Positions 14,201 to 26,631 of a DNA stretch of 64,000 bases are shown here, in pieces. The stretch is taken from contig CM022675.1 in the NCBI GenBank assembly GCA_012295275.1, positions 6,014,001 through 6,078,000 of the forward strand. Direction: 5' to 3'. Origin of the DNA: Chrysomallon squamiferum (taxonomy: Eukaryota > Animalia > Mollusca). The notes under the pieces were generated by a model. It was not told the DNA's origin, did not search any database, and saw only the letters and a program-made list of their open reading frames with translations. Made by a program: the position numbers and the translations under genes. How positions within the stretch are numbered: the stretch's first letter is position 1; each line of letters starts with the position of its first letter.

Positions 14201-16221
14201 CGCACACACACTTCTGACTAAAAGCTTATTAAAGCACTTAAAATCTGTTCATCATATTTTTAATTGTGAGCGTACCTCGGTGTATTTGAAATATTGCAAA
14301 AAGTATCATTATTATCTCCTGTAAATATTGAAATGCTCTACAATGTTTCATTATTGTTTCCTGTAAATATTGAAAAACTATACAAAGTATATACATAGAA
14401 CAACGACAACAACAACAATGGCAGTCATTTTGGTAATAGTAGGAGTAATTATAGTGAAGTCAAACATAGATGTTGGAAGTTTACTCTTTTATGACTTTTA
14501 ATTTTTTTTTTTTTATTATGTTATCTATAATTTTTTATTGTTATAATGGTACCTTTAAATATATCGACAGAACCAAATGTAATAATAAAATTCTATAAGG
14601 CCAAGACTTGTGTTAAAACTGATATTTTACTGTTCAGTCAATACTGCTGATGAAAAAGAAGATTCAAAAGTCAGTTCTAAAACCAGAGCTGTTTCTTTCT
14701 CTGGGAACAACCTTTCTTCTAGCGCTGATACTGTAATCCATTCACAGCCACAAATGTCAAGTATCACAACTTGTGAAGGTAATTAATAACACAGTCGTTT
14801 TCTACAATGTACTTTTCTATTTTGATGGGCAGTTCTAAACAGACAAAATTATTATTTATATATTTAACAATGTATATTTTCAATATATCATTTAGTTTGA
14901 AACAGTTCTTCTAAGACAAAAGACAAATTTGTTATTTATTTCTGTTGCTTTTACTTTCACTTTCAAGTGTATGCTGAATACGTTGTGTTTGTAACGCTAT
15001 TGGAAGAAATAAAGAATTAGTTTGATCTGTACACACACACAGTTTTCTGATTTACATTGATAATAAATTAACAATTCAAAAGTGTTTTGTCCTCTTTGTT
15101 TCACACATGGAAACTGTAAAACAAAACATACAGTAATTACAGTTTGATTGCAATCATGACGAAAGTGTTGTATTTACTTTGTCTATTTTAATACTCTAAA
15201 GTAATAATTATTTCTTAGCAGCTACAAATTATCAGTTAACAATATTAATCATTTTATTTAATATAGTTACATCTAATAATGACATATTTTATTAATAACG
15301 TATGGTGCCACTGTTCTGTATATAGATAAAAACATTTTTGATACATTCTGCTTGTAAGCTGACAATTTTGTTAACTTCATTTACCATTTTACAGATCCCA
15401 CAAGAAGGCAGTTAGCAACAAAATCAAATGAAAATTCCAGGACAGCTCGTAACCATGAGGCTCAATCTCATGAAAAAAATGTTGTGGTCCGAGATGGAGT
15501 TAAAACTAGTAAGTAAAAAACTGAAAGTTTTGTTTTCTATCAGAAACTGATATCTGAAAACACACACGCACACACGCATACACACACACATTCGTCACTA
15601 CAGATTATTAAATCATTTAAAAGTTTTTCATCATATTGTTTTTCGTGTGCGTTCCTCCGTGTTTTTAATAGATGACCAGTAAATATTGAAATACTACACA
15701 AAGTATCATTATTATGTCCTGTAAATATTGAAATAACACGCAAATTGTCATTATTATCTCCTGTAAATATTGAAATACTTTAGAAAGTATCATTATTATC
15801 TCCAGTACATTTTGTAATACTATGCAAAGTGTACATAAAACAGCAGCAAGAACAACAATGGTAGTGATTTTGGTAATAGTAGAGGTAACTGTAATAAAGT
15901 GAATCACAACTTTTACAAATTTGCTCGTTTATGACTACCTTTTAATTTTCTTTTGTTATTGTGTTTCTTTTAAATATATCGATATAAACCAACGTAATAA
16001 TGACAATCTATAAGGCTAAGATTTCCGTTATAACTGGTATTTTACCGTTCATAATTTAATACTGTAAAGTGTTATTTATTGCTGCATCAATAAAAATAAT
16101 CAGGTAACAAAAAATATTAAAGAGATTTCTTTAATATAGTTATATTGATTAACAACATATTTTATAAATACTGTATTCTGCCACTTATCTATTATTGATG
16201 AACATTTTTTGTTTTTTTCAG

Positions 16222-16320
16222 TTACTTCAAGAAGTAACTTTAAAAATGTCACAGTTAACAATACATACTATTTTGATAATTGCGGTGAAATTGTGTTTGG
16301 AAATGAAGTTAGGAACACTC
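16222..16320 (+). CDS. Exon with RHIM/cRHIM-like motif (99 nt, phase 1-1), gene A
   Basis: ttttttcag|TTACT...ACACTC|gtaagt; translates TSRSNFKNVTVNNTYYFDNCGEIVFGNEVRNT. The downstream intron resembles that after the last Y exon of genes B and C. Confidence 0.7.
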
Positions 16321-17325
16321 GTAAGTTTTCTTTTCTTTCTAACTTTTGTTAGATAACAGAACGACACAACCCAGTAATCATTAGTACTTTTCTGTCAGAC
16401 GCAGTGACCTGAAAAGCACACAGATGCATACTCACACACAAGTTTATTATTTATGAACTGCACTGTGTTCACATACATTTTCATAGAAAACAAAACAGAG
16501 TTATATAAATTTTAAACTCAGTCCAGGACATAAACATCTAACTACCTAATCACACACAAATAAATGCATATTAATACACAGAGATGCATTTACATATTTT
16601 TCACTTACAGATTATTAATTATTTGAAAATTATTCATTATATTTTGAATGGTGTGTTTGTGTATGTGTCTCAGTGCAGCTGTACAATTACCACAAACACT
16701 AAACTATACACATGCAGACTGAAGTAGATTATCGTCTTAATAAAAGTCATTAATATAATTTATATATTTGTCATTATTATCACATGTTCTTGTTGAAGCA
16801 CTATATAAAGTATCATTATCATCACAAGTAAATATTAAGATATTATACAAACTGTGTAGAACAACAACAGTAACAACAACAATTAGAACAGAATCATAAC
16901 AATAAATAAATAAATAAATAAATAATATTATCAAGAACCAATAGCAGTAACTAAAGCAACATCAATCACAAAATTATAACAATTTTACAAGCTTTTTTTT
17001 ATGATTAAACTGCAGAGTAATTGAACAGATCGCTTTTATTAATAATTCCTGTTGACTCATCAAAAACATAAATATTTGGCTTTTTTTGTATTATTTCAAA
17101 AAAAAGAAAAAGAAGAGCATCCAATATTACAGGTATTTTATTTTTCCTCCTGAAGTTTTTAAAAATGTGCATTAATAACACAATAATCATCGTGTTTCTA
17201 TTGATGTTACAAACCCGTTTTGTTATGACTAAACTGCAGGAGAATTGTACAGATCACTCTATTAATAATTCCTGTTTATTTATCAGCAATAGAAACTTAC
17301 TGGTTTTATTTTTATATTATTTCAG

Positions 17326-17358
17326 AAAAGACCGATGGAAGAACATCCACTATTAAAG
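17326..17358 (+). CDS. 33-nt micro-exon (KTDGRTSTIK), gene A
   Basis: tttcag|AAAAGACC...TTAAAG|gtaaaa; paralogue of 45738-45770; keeps frame into the large exon. Confidence 0.7.
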
Positions 17359-17588
17359 GTAAAAACTATTTTCTTTTATAGTTTTGAAGAATGTGCATTA
17401 ATAACGAAATAATAATTAAACTGCTTTTAATTTCATCATTGACGTTTTCATCAATTCTTATTGAATGAATATTATAAACTTCAAATTTGATTCCTACTAA
17501 GAAATTATAATATTCATTTTTATATAGTAAAAACTGTTATAAAACCGTTCATAATAGATTTTAATATTCTTAACTTTTTGCGATACAG

Positions 17589-19135
17589 AGTGGACAAGGT
17601 TACATTTAAACTCAGTTGACTGGAATCTCTATGTTGAAACAAGAGCAGAAAAAAGAGGTGTTGAACTTTTTAAGAAGAATGGTGTTGTCATTGTAATAGG
17701 ATGTCCAGGTTCGGGGAAGACAACTCTAGCTTTGAGCATGATGAGACAGATAGAAAAAGAAGAGGAAAGAGAATCTTACTTGCTGACTCATCACACTGAA
17801 TTCAGTGTGATCGGTCTATCTACAGGTAGAAAATGTGTTGTTGTTATTGACGACATATTTGGTAAGACTAATGTCAATTCAGATTTTATGTCGTCGTGGA
17901 AACAGAAATTTCCAGTAATTTGGAATCTTGTTCTGGATGGTTCTGTGAAATGTATTATTACCTTACGAAATCAAATATTTGCAGAAAGTAAAACAAATTT
18001 GAAGGAATTTGATGTGTTTAAAGATAGTCATCTCCTTGACCTGCAGAGTTGTGATTCGTGTCTGCTTTATGATGAAAAGAAAGAAATTCTAAACAAATAT
18101 CTCAAACAAAAAGATGTTACAATGCACGAAGCGGACAAAGAAACTGTCATTAAGGAATCATGTACAGAGTTAGGATTTCCTCAGGTATGTGTTTATTATG
18201 TTAGTTCTATTGATGCACGAAAAAGAGGAGTTGAGTTTTTTAGGAAACCTGTAGAATATCTCAGAGAACAGCTGGAGAAAATGAAAAATGATAAATCGTT
18301 ACAGATCAATTATTTGGTTCTGCTGCTGATCATGTTTCAACAAGACAGTCTCAGTATTGATTTGTTGAACCCATTTGAAAATGACAGTGACATAATGGAA
18401 TTAGTAAGAATGCTGGAGGATGCCTGTCTGAGTTTAAAATACACTAATCTTTCACATATAAAGAGAGCAGCTGATGTAATGTGTGGTACCTATTTGAGGC
18501 GTTATAACAATAGATATACATTTATTCATCAGTCAGTATTTGACTCTTTGTTTCTAATATTTTCATCAGAATTTCCAAAGAAAGCAGCAGAGTTGCTAGA
18601 AGTGTGTCCTGTCTCCATATTATTAGAATATGTTGTGACGCCTGGAGTGTCTAACAAAAGCCACATTACAATGACTGTGCAACCTGACTGCTTTGATTTT
18701 CTTGCTCGCAGAATTACTGACTTGCTGGCATCAAGCCGTGCCAAAGAAATTATTTCTCATCCATCACTGAAGGATGAAGGGTTTGTAAAGTATATAATAG
18801 AGGAAAAACATTTTTATGGTAAATTGTCTAAAATACTGGATCAGAAACTGAAGGGAACACAATATTCTTGTGCAACAGAAGTAGATACAAATGTTCTTGA
18901 TATATTTGAGGAAATTGTACATTTCCATGATAGTCATTCAACGTCTGGGATACTACCCTCTTTGACAGTTAAAAACATAAGGATAGAGCCATCATTTGTT
19001 GCAAGTGAATGTGTTGTGAATGGATTAAGAACATTGTCGGGGCTTTTTGCATCAAACCTTTTAAAACAGAACACATTTATCAGAAAAATCAACTTTTGGA
19101 TATTTCTTGTTTGTTTGGTTATGAAGATGTTGTGA
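17589..19135 (+). CDS. Intact 5' part of gene A terminal exon: nSTAND3-like P-loop NTPase plus helical region, ending at a frameshift-induced stop
   Basis: Acceptor atacag| at 17588, in frame with ORF 17732..19135. YVETRA motif, Walker A GCPGSGKT, Walker B VVVIDDIFG; closely similar to ORF 46075..53190. Confidence 0.8.
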
Positions 19136-22100
19136 ATTTTTTCTAAAATCAGTTGTTATTCCATCTTTAAATACATACAGGTTAGCTGCACAATTCAAAA
19201 ACAGATGATGTTACCATACTCAAAAAACTGTTACAATATAAAAATGTGAATTTGAGTATGTATTCCTGGTTGTTACCACTTTCAATTTATTCATGTAATA
19301 TGAACATTGCCTGTTTCTTGGCTGGCTTTATCAATACTCAGAAAGAAAAAAGAGAAATCAGAGAAAAAGCTGTGAAATTTTTATTGGTTAGGTTCCATAC
19401 ACATGTACATCGTGCGATTGTTGACAAACATTTTGTAAAATCACTAACTGATAACGAAATTGACACGAGCATTCTTTTTAAGAAACTGGTTACCACTGAA
19501 ATAATAATAAAAAATAAAAACATTGCTATCATTGCTGCCGGTCAGAGGAATTCAGGTGTTATTAAAGAAATAGTAAAACTGAAACCTGATTGTTTAAATG
19601 ATGAGAACAGAGATAAAGTTCTTTTAGCAGCAGCAATGTGGGGTTCTGCTGACACAGTGAATTTTCTCACTGAACAGATACCCAATGACACAGATGAGAA
19701 CAGCTGGAAGAAAAGTCAAGTACTGAAAGTAGCAGTGATGTTTAACAGCGGAGATGTTGTTCAGCGTCTACTTGATAAAGGAGCTGATCCTAATGCTAAT
19801 GTAGCTGTTGATACGACATTGATTAAGTGGTTTGAAAGGGAAACTAGATTAGAATTGTTGGATTCTGACTCGCCTCTCCACATTTCAGTTCAGCGTGGTG
19901 AGTTAGATATGATGGAATTACTTGTAAAAGGAAATGCTGGGATTAATGCAGTAAACAGCAAGGGAAAAACTCCACTTCATAAAGCTGTAGCTGCGAAGGA
20001 ACATAGGGAAGAGTTAGTTTTGTTTTTGCTCAAAAATAAAGCTAATGTTAACATTACAGATCAGAATAAGAATTCAGCTTTACACCTAGCAGCTGAACTT
20101 GGATATCTGGATGTTGTAATAATATTGATTAAAAAGCATGCTGAAGTAAACAGTATTAACAATGAAGGCAAAACTGCTCTTTTTACCGCTCTGAATTACA
20201 CTGAACAAGATACATTTATAAATGATAAACAACGGAAAATAGTTCTATATTTGCTGGGACACGGAGCTGATCCCAATATAAAAGACAGTGATAACAATTC
20301 TGTTTTACACCTAGCAGCTAAACATGGAAATATAGAAATTGTGACAGCACTAATAGAAAAAGGTGTTGAAGTTAATATTAAAAACAATGAAGATAAAACT
20401 CCTCTTTTTACAGCTGTTCACTACAAACAGAATAATGTAGTTTTGTATTTACTGGATCATAAAGCTGATCCTGATTTTAAAGACAGATGTAACAATTCTG
20501 TTTTACACATAGCGGCTAAAGAGGGAAATATAGAAATTATGAGAGTACTGATTGAAAAAGGTGTTGATATAAATCTTAGGAACAGTGATGGTGAAACTGC
20601 TCTTCATACAGCTTTTAACCACAAACAGGACGAAGTAGTACTGTATTTACTGGAACATGGAGCTCATGCCAATTTAAAAGACAGTGATAACAATTCTGTT
20701 TTTGACCAAGCAGTAAAACAGCGAAATTCAGAAATTGTGAGAGCACTGAATAAAGAAGGTTTTGACATAAATATTGAAACTGATGTCCTTTCTGTATTTT
20801 GTATAGATCACTGCAAAGTAGTTTTGTATTTACTGGAACATGGAGCAGATCCTAATTTAACAGACAGAGACAACAATTCTCCTTTACATCTGGCAGCTAA
20901 ACAGGGAAATATAGAAATTGTGAAAGCACTGATTGAAAAAGGATGTTGATGTAAATATTGAAAACAATAGTAGTGAAACTGCTCTGCTTTCAACTTTAAA
21001 TAATTATCACTATTTCAATTCTGAACTTGAAGAAAATAGAAAATTCGTTTTATGTTTTCTGGAACATGTTCGTCGTGCTAGTTTAACAGACAGTGATAAC
21101 AATTCTGCTTTACTCATAGCAGCTAAAGAAGGTTATATAGAAATTGTGAGAAGACTGATTGAAAAAGGTGTTGATAAAAATCTTAGAAATAGAGATGGTG
21201 AAACTGCTCTCTATGCAGCTTTAACACATCAAAAAAATTGGCTTCATGACAATGTTAAATATGGACGTCAGAAAGTAATTTTGTATTTATTGGAACATGG
21301 AACTGATTGTAATATAATAGACAGTGATAACAATTCTGTTTTACACCTAGCAGCTAAACAGGGAAATATAGAAGTTGTGAGAGTACTGATTGAGAAAGGT
21401 GTTGATAAAAATCTTAGGAACAGTGATGGTGAAACTGCTCTCCATACAGCTTTAAATAATTATCACTATTTCAATTCTGAATATGAAGAATTTTGCAGAG
21501 TAGCTTTGTGTTTACAGGAACATGGAGTTGATGCTTGTTTAACAGACGGAAATAGAAATTCTGCTTTACATGTAGCAGCTGAACAGAGTAATATAGATAA
21601 AAGTTTAAAAATTATGGCAGCAATGATTAAAGCAGGTGTTGAACTAAATCTTGACAGTAGACGTGGTATACCTAGATTCAATTCTGTTGCATCTGGTCTC
21701 AGAAAACTTGTCACTGATCAAGAAAATTGCGTGTTGTATTGTCATCAGGATGTAGTTTTGTGTTTACTGCAAAATGGAACTGATCCTAATTTAACAGACA
21801 GATTTAACAATTCTGCTTTACATCTAGCAGCTAAACGGGGAAATATAGAAATTGTGAGATCACTGATTGAAAGAAGTGTTGGTGTAAATATTAGAAACAA
21901 TAGTGGTGAAACTGCTCTCCTTACAACTTTAAATGATGATCAGTTTTGGTGTTTTGCATCTATGAAAAAAAAACATTACGAAGTAGTTTTCTATTTACTG
22001 AAACATGGAGCTGATCCTAATTTAACAGACAATGACAACAATTCTGCTTTACATGTAGTAGCAGCTAAAGAGGGATGTATGGAAATTGTGAGAGAGCTGA

Positions 22101-24650
22101 TTGAAAAACGTATTGATGTAAATATTAGAAACAATGACGGTAAAACTCCTCTACTTATAGCTGTGAACTGCAAACAGAAGAACGTAATTTTGTTTTTACT
22201 GGAACATGGAGCTGATCCTAATTTAAGAGACAATGATAACAATTCTGTTTTACATATAGCAGCTAAACATGCAGAAATAGACATTGTAAGAGCACTGATT
22301 GAAAAAGGTATTAATATAAATCTTAAGAACAATGATGGTGAAACTGCTCTCTTAACAACTTTAAGTTGTTATCAATTTCCTGGTGTTGGATGTTGCGAAG
22401 TAGGTTTTGTTTACTGGAACATGGAGCTAATCCTAAAATAACAGATAGTGATAACAATTCTGCTTTACACATAGCAGCTAAACAGGGACATACGGACATT
22501 GTGAGATCACTGATTGAAATAGGTGTTGATATAAATCTTAAAAACAGATTTGGTGAAACTGCTCTCTATACAGCTGTAAAACACCAAGAAAATTGTTATA
22601 ATGAATATGCTTATGAATATGCTAAAGATGCACGTCAGGAAATAGCTGTGTGTTTACTGGTAAATGGAGCTGATCCTAATATAACAGACAGTGATAACAA
22701 TTCTGTTTTACACATAGCAGCTAAACATGCAAATACAGATATTGTGACAGCACTAATAGAAAAGAGTGCTGATGTTAATATTAAAAACAATAGTGGTGAA
22801 ACTGCTCTGCTTACAACTCTAAATTATTATCACAATTTCAGTTCTGAATTTGAAGAATGTTGCAGGGTAATGTTGTCTTTACTGAAACACGGAGTTGGTG
22901 CTAGTTTAACTGACAGTGATAACAATTCTGCTTTACACAAAACAGCTAAACATGCAAATACAGAAATGGTGAGAAACGGTGAAACAGGTGTTGATACAAA
23001 TATTAATAACAATAGTGGTGAATCTACTTGGCTTCCAGTTGTTGAGGATTATCAGAATTCTGACTTTCATAATCGGTGCAGAGTAATTTTTTCTTTACTG
23101 AAACATGGAGTTGGTGCTGATTTAACTGACAGTGATAGCAATTCTGCTTTACGTCTAGCAGTTAGACTTGGACATATAGACTTTTTCTCAAGAATGATTG
23201 TAACAGAGGCTGATATAAACATTAAAAATAGAGATGGTGAAACTGCTTTCTATACAGATTTAAGATATGAAAAAAATTGCCTGTTAAGTCGCCTTAAAGA
23301 AGTAGTTTTGTGTTTACTGGAACATGAAAGCTGATCCTAATTTAACAGACAGAGATAACAATTCTGTTTTACATATAGCATGTAAACAAGGAAATATTGA
23401 AATTCTGAGAGCACTGATTGAAAAAGGTGTTGATATAAATATTAAAAACAATAGTGGTGAAACTGCTCTCCTTACAACTTTAAATTATTTTCACTTTTTA
23501 AATTCTTCTGCTGTTAAAGAAGAATGTTACAGAGTAGTTTTGTGTTTACTGGAACATGGAAGCTGATCCTAATTTAACAGACAGTGACAACAATTCTGTT
23601 TTACATCTAGCAGCTAAACTGGGAAATATAGATATTGTGACAGCACTGACTGAAAAAGGTGTTGATGTAAATATTAAAAACAACAGTGGTGAAACTGCTC
23701 TCCTCACAACGTTAAAATATTTTCACAATTTCAGTTCTGAATTAGAAGAACGTTCCAAAGTAGTTTTGTGTTTACTGGAACATGGAGCTGATCCTAATTT
23801 AACAGACAGTGATAACAATTCTGCTTTACATCTAGCAGCTAAACTGGGAAATATAGAAATTGTGACAGCACTGACTGAAAAAGGTGTGGCTGTAAATATT
23901 AAAAACAATAGTGGTGAAACTGCTCTGCTCACAACTTTAAATTATTATCACAATTTCAGTTGTGAATTTGAAGAACGTTGCAAAGTAGTTACGTGGTTAC
24001 TGGAACATGGAGCCGATCCTAATTTAACAGACAGTGATAACAATTCTGCTTTACATCTTGCAGGTAAAGAGGGATATATAGAAATTGTGAAAGCACTGAT
24101 TGAAAAAGGCACTGATGTAAATATTAAAAACAATAGTGGTGAAACTGCTCTCCTCACAACTTTAGATTATTATTTCGATTCTGAATTTCTTAACGAACAT
24201 TGCCAGACAGTTTTGTGTTTACTGGAACATGGAGCTGATCCTAATTGTGCAGACAGGTATAGAAATTCTGCTTTACATCTAGCAAGTAAAAATGGAGATA
24301 TAGATGTTGTGACAGCACTGATTGAAAAAAGGTGCTGATATAAATATCAAAAACAATGAAGGTGAAACTCCTCTACTTACAGCTGTGAAACATTACAAGA
24401 GCAATGTAGTTTTCTATTTACTGGAGAATAGAACTGATCCTAATTTAAAAGACTGATAACAGTTCTGTTTTACACCTATCAACTGAATAGGGAAATCTAG
24501 CAATTGTGACAGGACTTGTTAAAAAAGATGCTCATGAAAATTTTGTTAATGCTTGGGGTAAAACTCCTCTCAGGATAGCTGAAAATAAATTTTGTAGAGA
24601 AACTGTTTCCATTCTGTTGAATCATATGCTAAATATGAAAGAACTAGTAT
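17589..24650 (+). pseudogene. Gene A large exon: STAND NTPase + ankyrin array disrupted by multiple frameshifts and stops
   Basis: Consecutive ankyrin ORFs in different frames (19246, 20933, 22366, 23324, 23556). Indels relative to gene B or the repeat consensus near 19075, 19140, 19191, 20943, 22405, 23327, 23561, 24330, 24454. C-terminal remnant AWGKTPLRIAENKFCRETVSILLNH is homologous to gene B ALGKNPLRMARARYCRKIVSFLLTH. Confidence 0.8.
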
Positions 24651-26550
24651 ATTTTATTACATAAAAGTATTTACTTCATGTCTAAGAAAAATATGATTTG
24701 ACTGGTGGCAGCAAAATTTGAAAAAATCTGAAAAATGACTTAGGATGGTTGTGTAGAGCTTTAAAAGAATTAATTAATATTTAGGATTTGCAGAATTGAA
24801 ATTCATATATTTGTAAGTTAAGAATGAAAACGCTATCACATACCCAGTTTTTGTTTTTTAACTTACGGCTGTTTCTTTTTGGTTGTACTATTACATCTTA
24901 TCACAGACATCAATTCTTTCATCACTAATATTGGTTTCATCACAGTCTGCTGGTTTCGGATAGGCTATATTCATGTTTTCTAGATGTGCTTATACAAACA
25001 CTATCGGTGTCTGTGGTCCAGTCCTGCTGATATAATTATTTCTGGTCTTTGTGTGGTTGGAGCTGTGTTATTTTAAACAAGTTTACAAATTGTTCATCAG
25101 GATCAGAATATTTCTTCTGCATTTTCAGCATCCGTGTTAAAAACAGCGTATGAACAGTGTCGTCGTTTTGTTTTTGTAATACTCCAGAAACTATTTTATA
25201 TTTATTTATTTTTTATATATAAGAAAGGATCTTCCCCAGGAGAATTGAATTATTTTCATAATTTGTTAATGAAGACACACACTGGTAAATCAACAGAATT
25301 TGATCAAATAACTCATAACATTATTTTCAACAGTTATTTTGCAGTTCTTGCATGTATATTACTGTATTTTGTTCATTTCCTCATCCTTGTCAGCACAAGC
25401 AGTTATTTCATTTACAAAATCTTTTTAATCGTGTGTGCCATCGAACAGTAGGATCAATGTCGTCATCATAACTGATCTTGTCAGTCCCATTACGGTTATC
25501 TGAATTATAAATTGAAACTTTGCCTTTATCACTACTTTTATCAGAATCGGAGGACAAGCTATTAATTTTGACTTTGTCGGATGTGTGTAATGAAACAAGG
25601 TCTTGTAAATCAGCACTCAAAGCACCAGCATATCACGAATGGAAGATAGGAGAATATTACAATTAAAAGAAATTTCCTTTTCATAGGATGATAATCAACA
25701 TGCTGTATGTGCCACACCATGACCTATAACTTGGCAACAAGACATTTTGTTTATCTTTTTAAATCATTTACATTGGCTGAACATAACTTCACTGTTAATA
25801 CCATTGTAACTTCTAACAAGAACAAAGAAATATTTTCCTGCTTTCTGACAATAACGTAAGAAAGAATGTTATAATAATGTTATTATTTCTTTGGTTCAAG
25901 TTATTAATGATGATTCGTACTAGTAAAGGTATACTAATTACAGGTTTTAGATAATTTATATTATAGATACATTAACAAGACTCAGAATGGGATAAAACAG
26001 AAGTGACATTTCTGTTGCCCAATCAATACTACTGTATTTTATGAGAACTCAATAGGAGTGACAACTGATTCAGTTTACCATCTGGAGTCTCGTTTGAATG
26101 AATTCTTATCTTGAGATAGACGATTTAACCTAATTAAAATTAACATCCCGAAATAAATAATCAAACGATTTTGTTTCAAACACAGGTATGGATAATAATG
26201 AACATAACTGCTGCTGAGAAGGAAACTAAGTTATGTCTGTAAATGTTTAGGCTTGGAGGTTATCTCAATTTTCAACTTCATTCTGAGACCCATTGACTTG
26301 TGAAATATTTTTGCCTTTATTGTTTATGTAATGTTGTTCTAGAAGAGGTATGTCTTAAAAATATGTACATTCTTAACTGACTGGTTTTATATAGGTTTTG
26401 TACTTGATTGTCAACAAAAAAGGATAATAATTAATACACAAGTCAGCTCAAATGTCAGTATCTAATTGTTTATTACTTTTTTATGTTGAATTTTTATTTT
26501 TCTAAGTGTTCTTATCAAAAGTGCACTTCGAAATTGAAGACACGTATCTT

Positions 26551-26551
<1 letters not shown>

Positions 26552-26626
<75 letters not shown>
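26552..26626. repeat. (GA)n microsatellite
   Basis: Perfect AG run. Confidence 0.95.

Positions 26627-26631
<5 letters not shown>

Larger units (their letters stand above)
1..15508 (+). repeat. Tandem array (~1.3-1.6 kb unit, >=11 units) of an exon pair (acidic X exon + RHIM-like Y exon) with their introns; 5' part of gene A
   Basis: Y exons bounded by Y-rich cag| and |gtaagt at 848-1027, 2463-2634, 4064-4171, 5463-5576, 7035-7205, 8637-8744, 10017-10130, 11378-11473, 12672-12785, 14030-14125, 15395-15508. All lengths are multiples of 3 except 2463-2634. X exons with intact ttcag|...gaag|gtaatt at 4704-4853, 9274-9423, 11939-12079, 14638-14778. Degenerate X copies near 70, 1715, 3283, 6255, 7852, 10667, 13320. 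Position 1 matches post-Y intron sequence (cf. 5713), so the array extends beyond the window. Confidence 0.9.

Noticed and set aside
20933-24338. Programmed ribosomal frameshifting linking the gene A ankyrin ORFs
   Set aside because: At least nine lesions of mixed sign, no consistent slippery site or stimulatory structure, and the paralogue is continuous.
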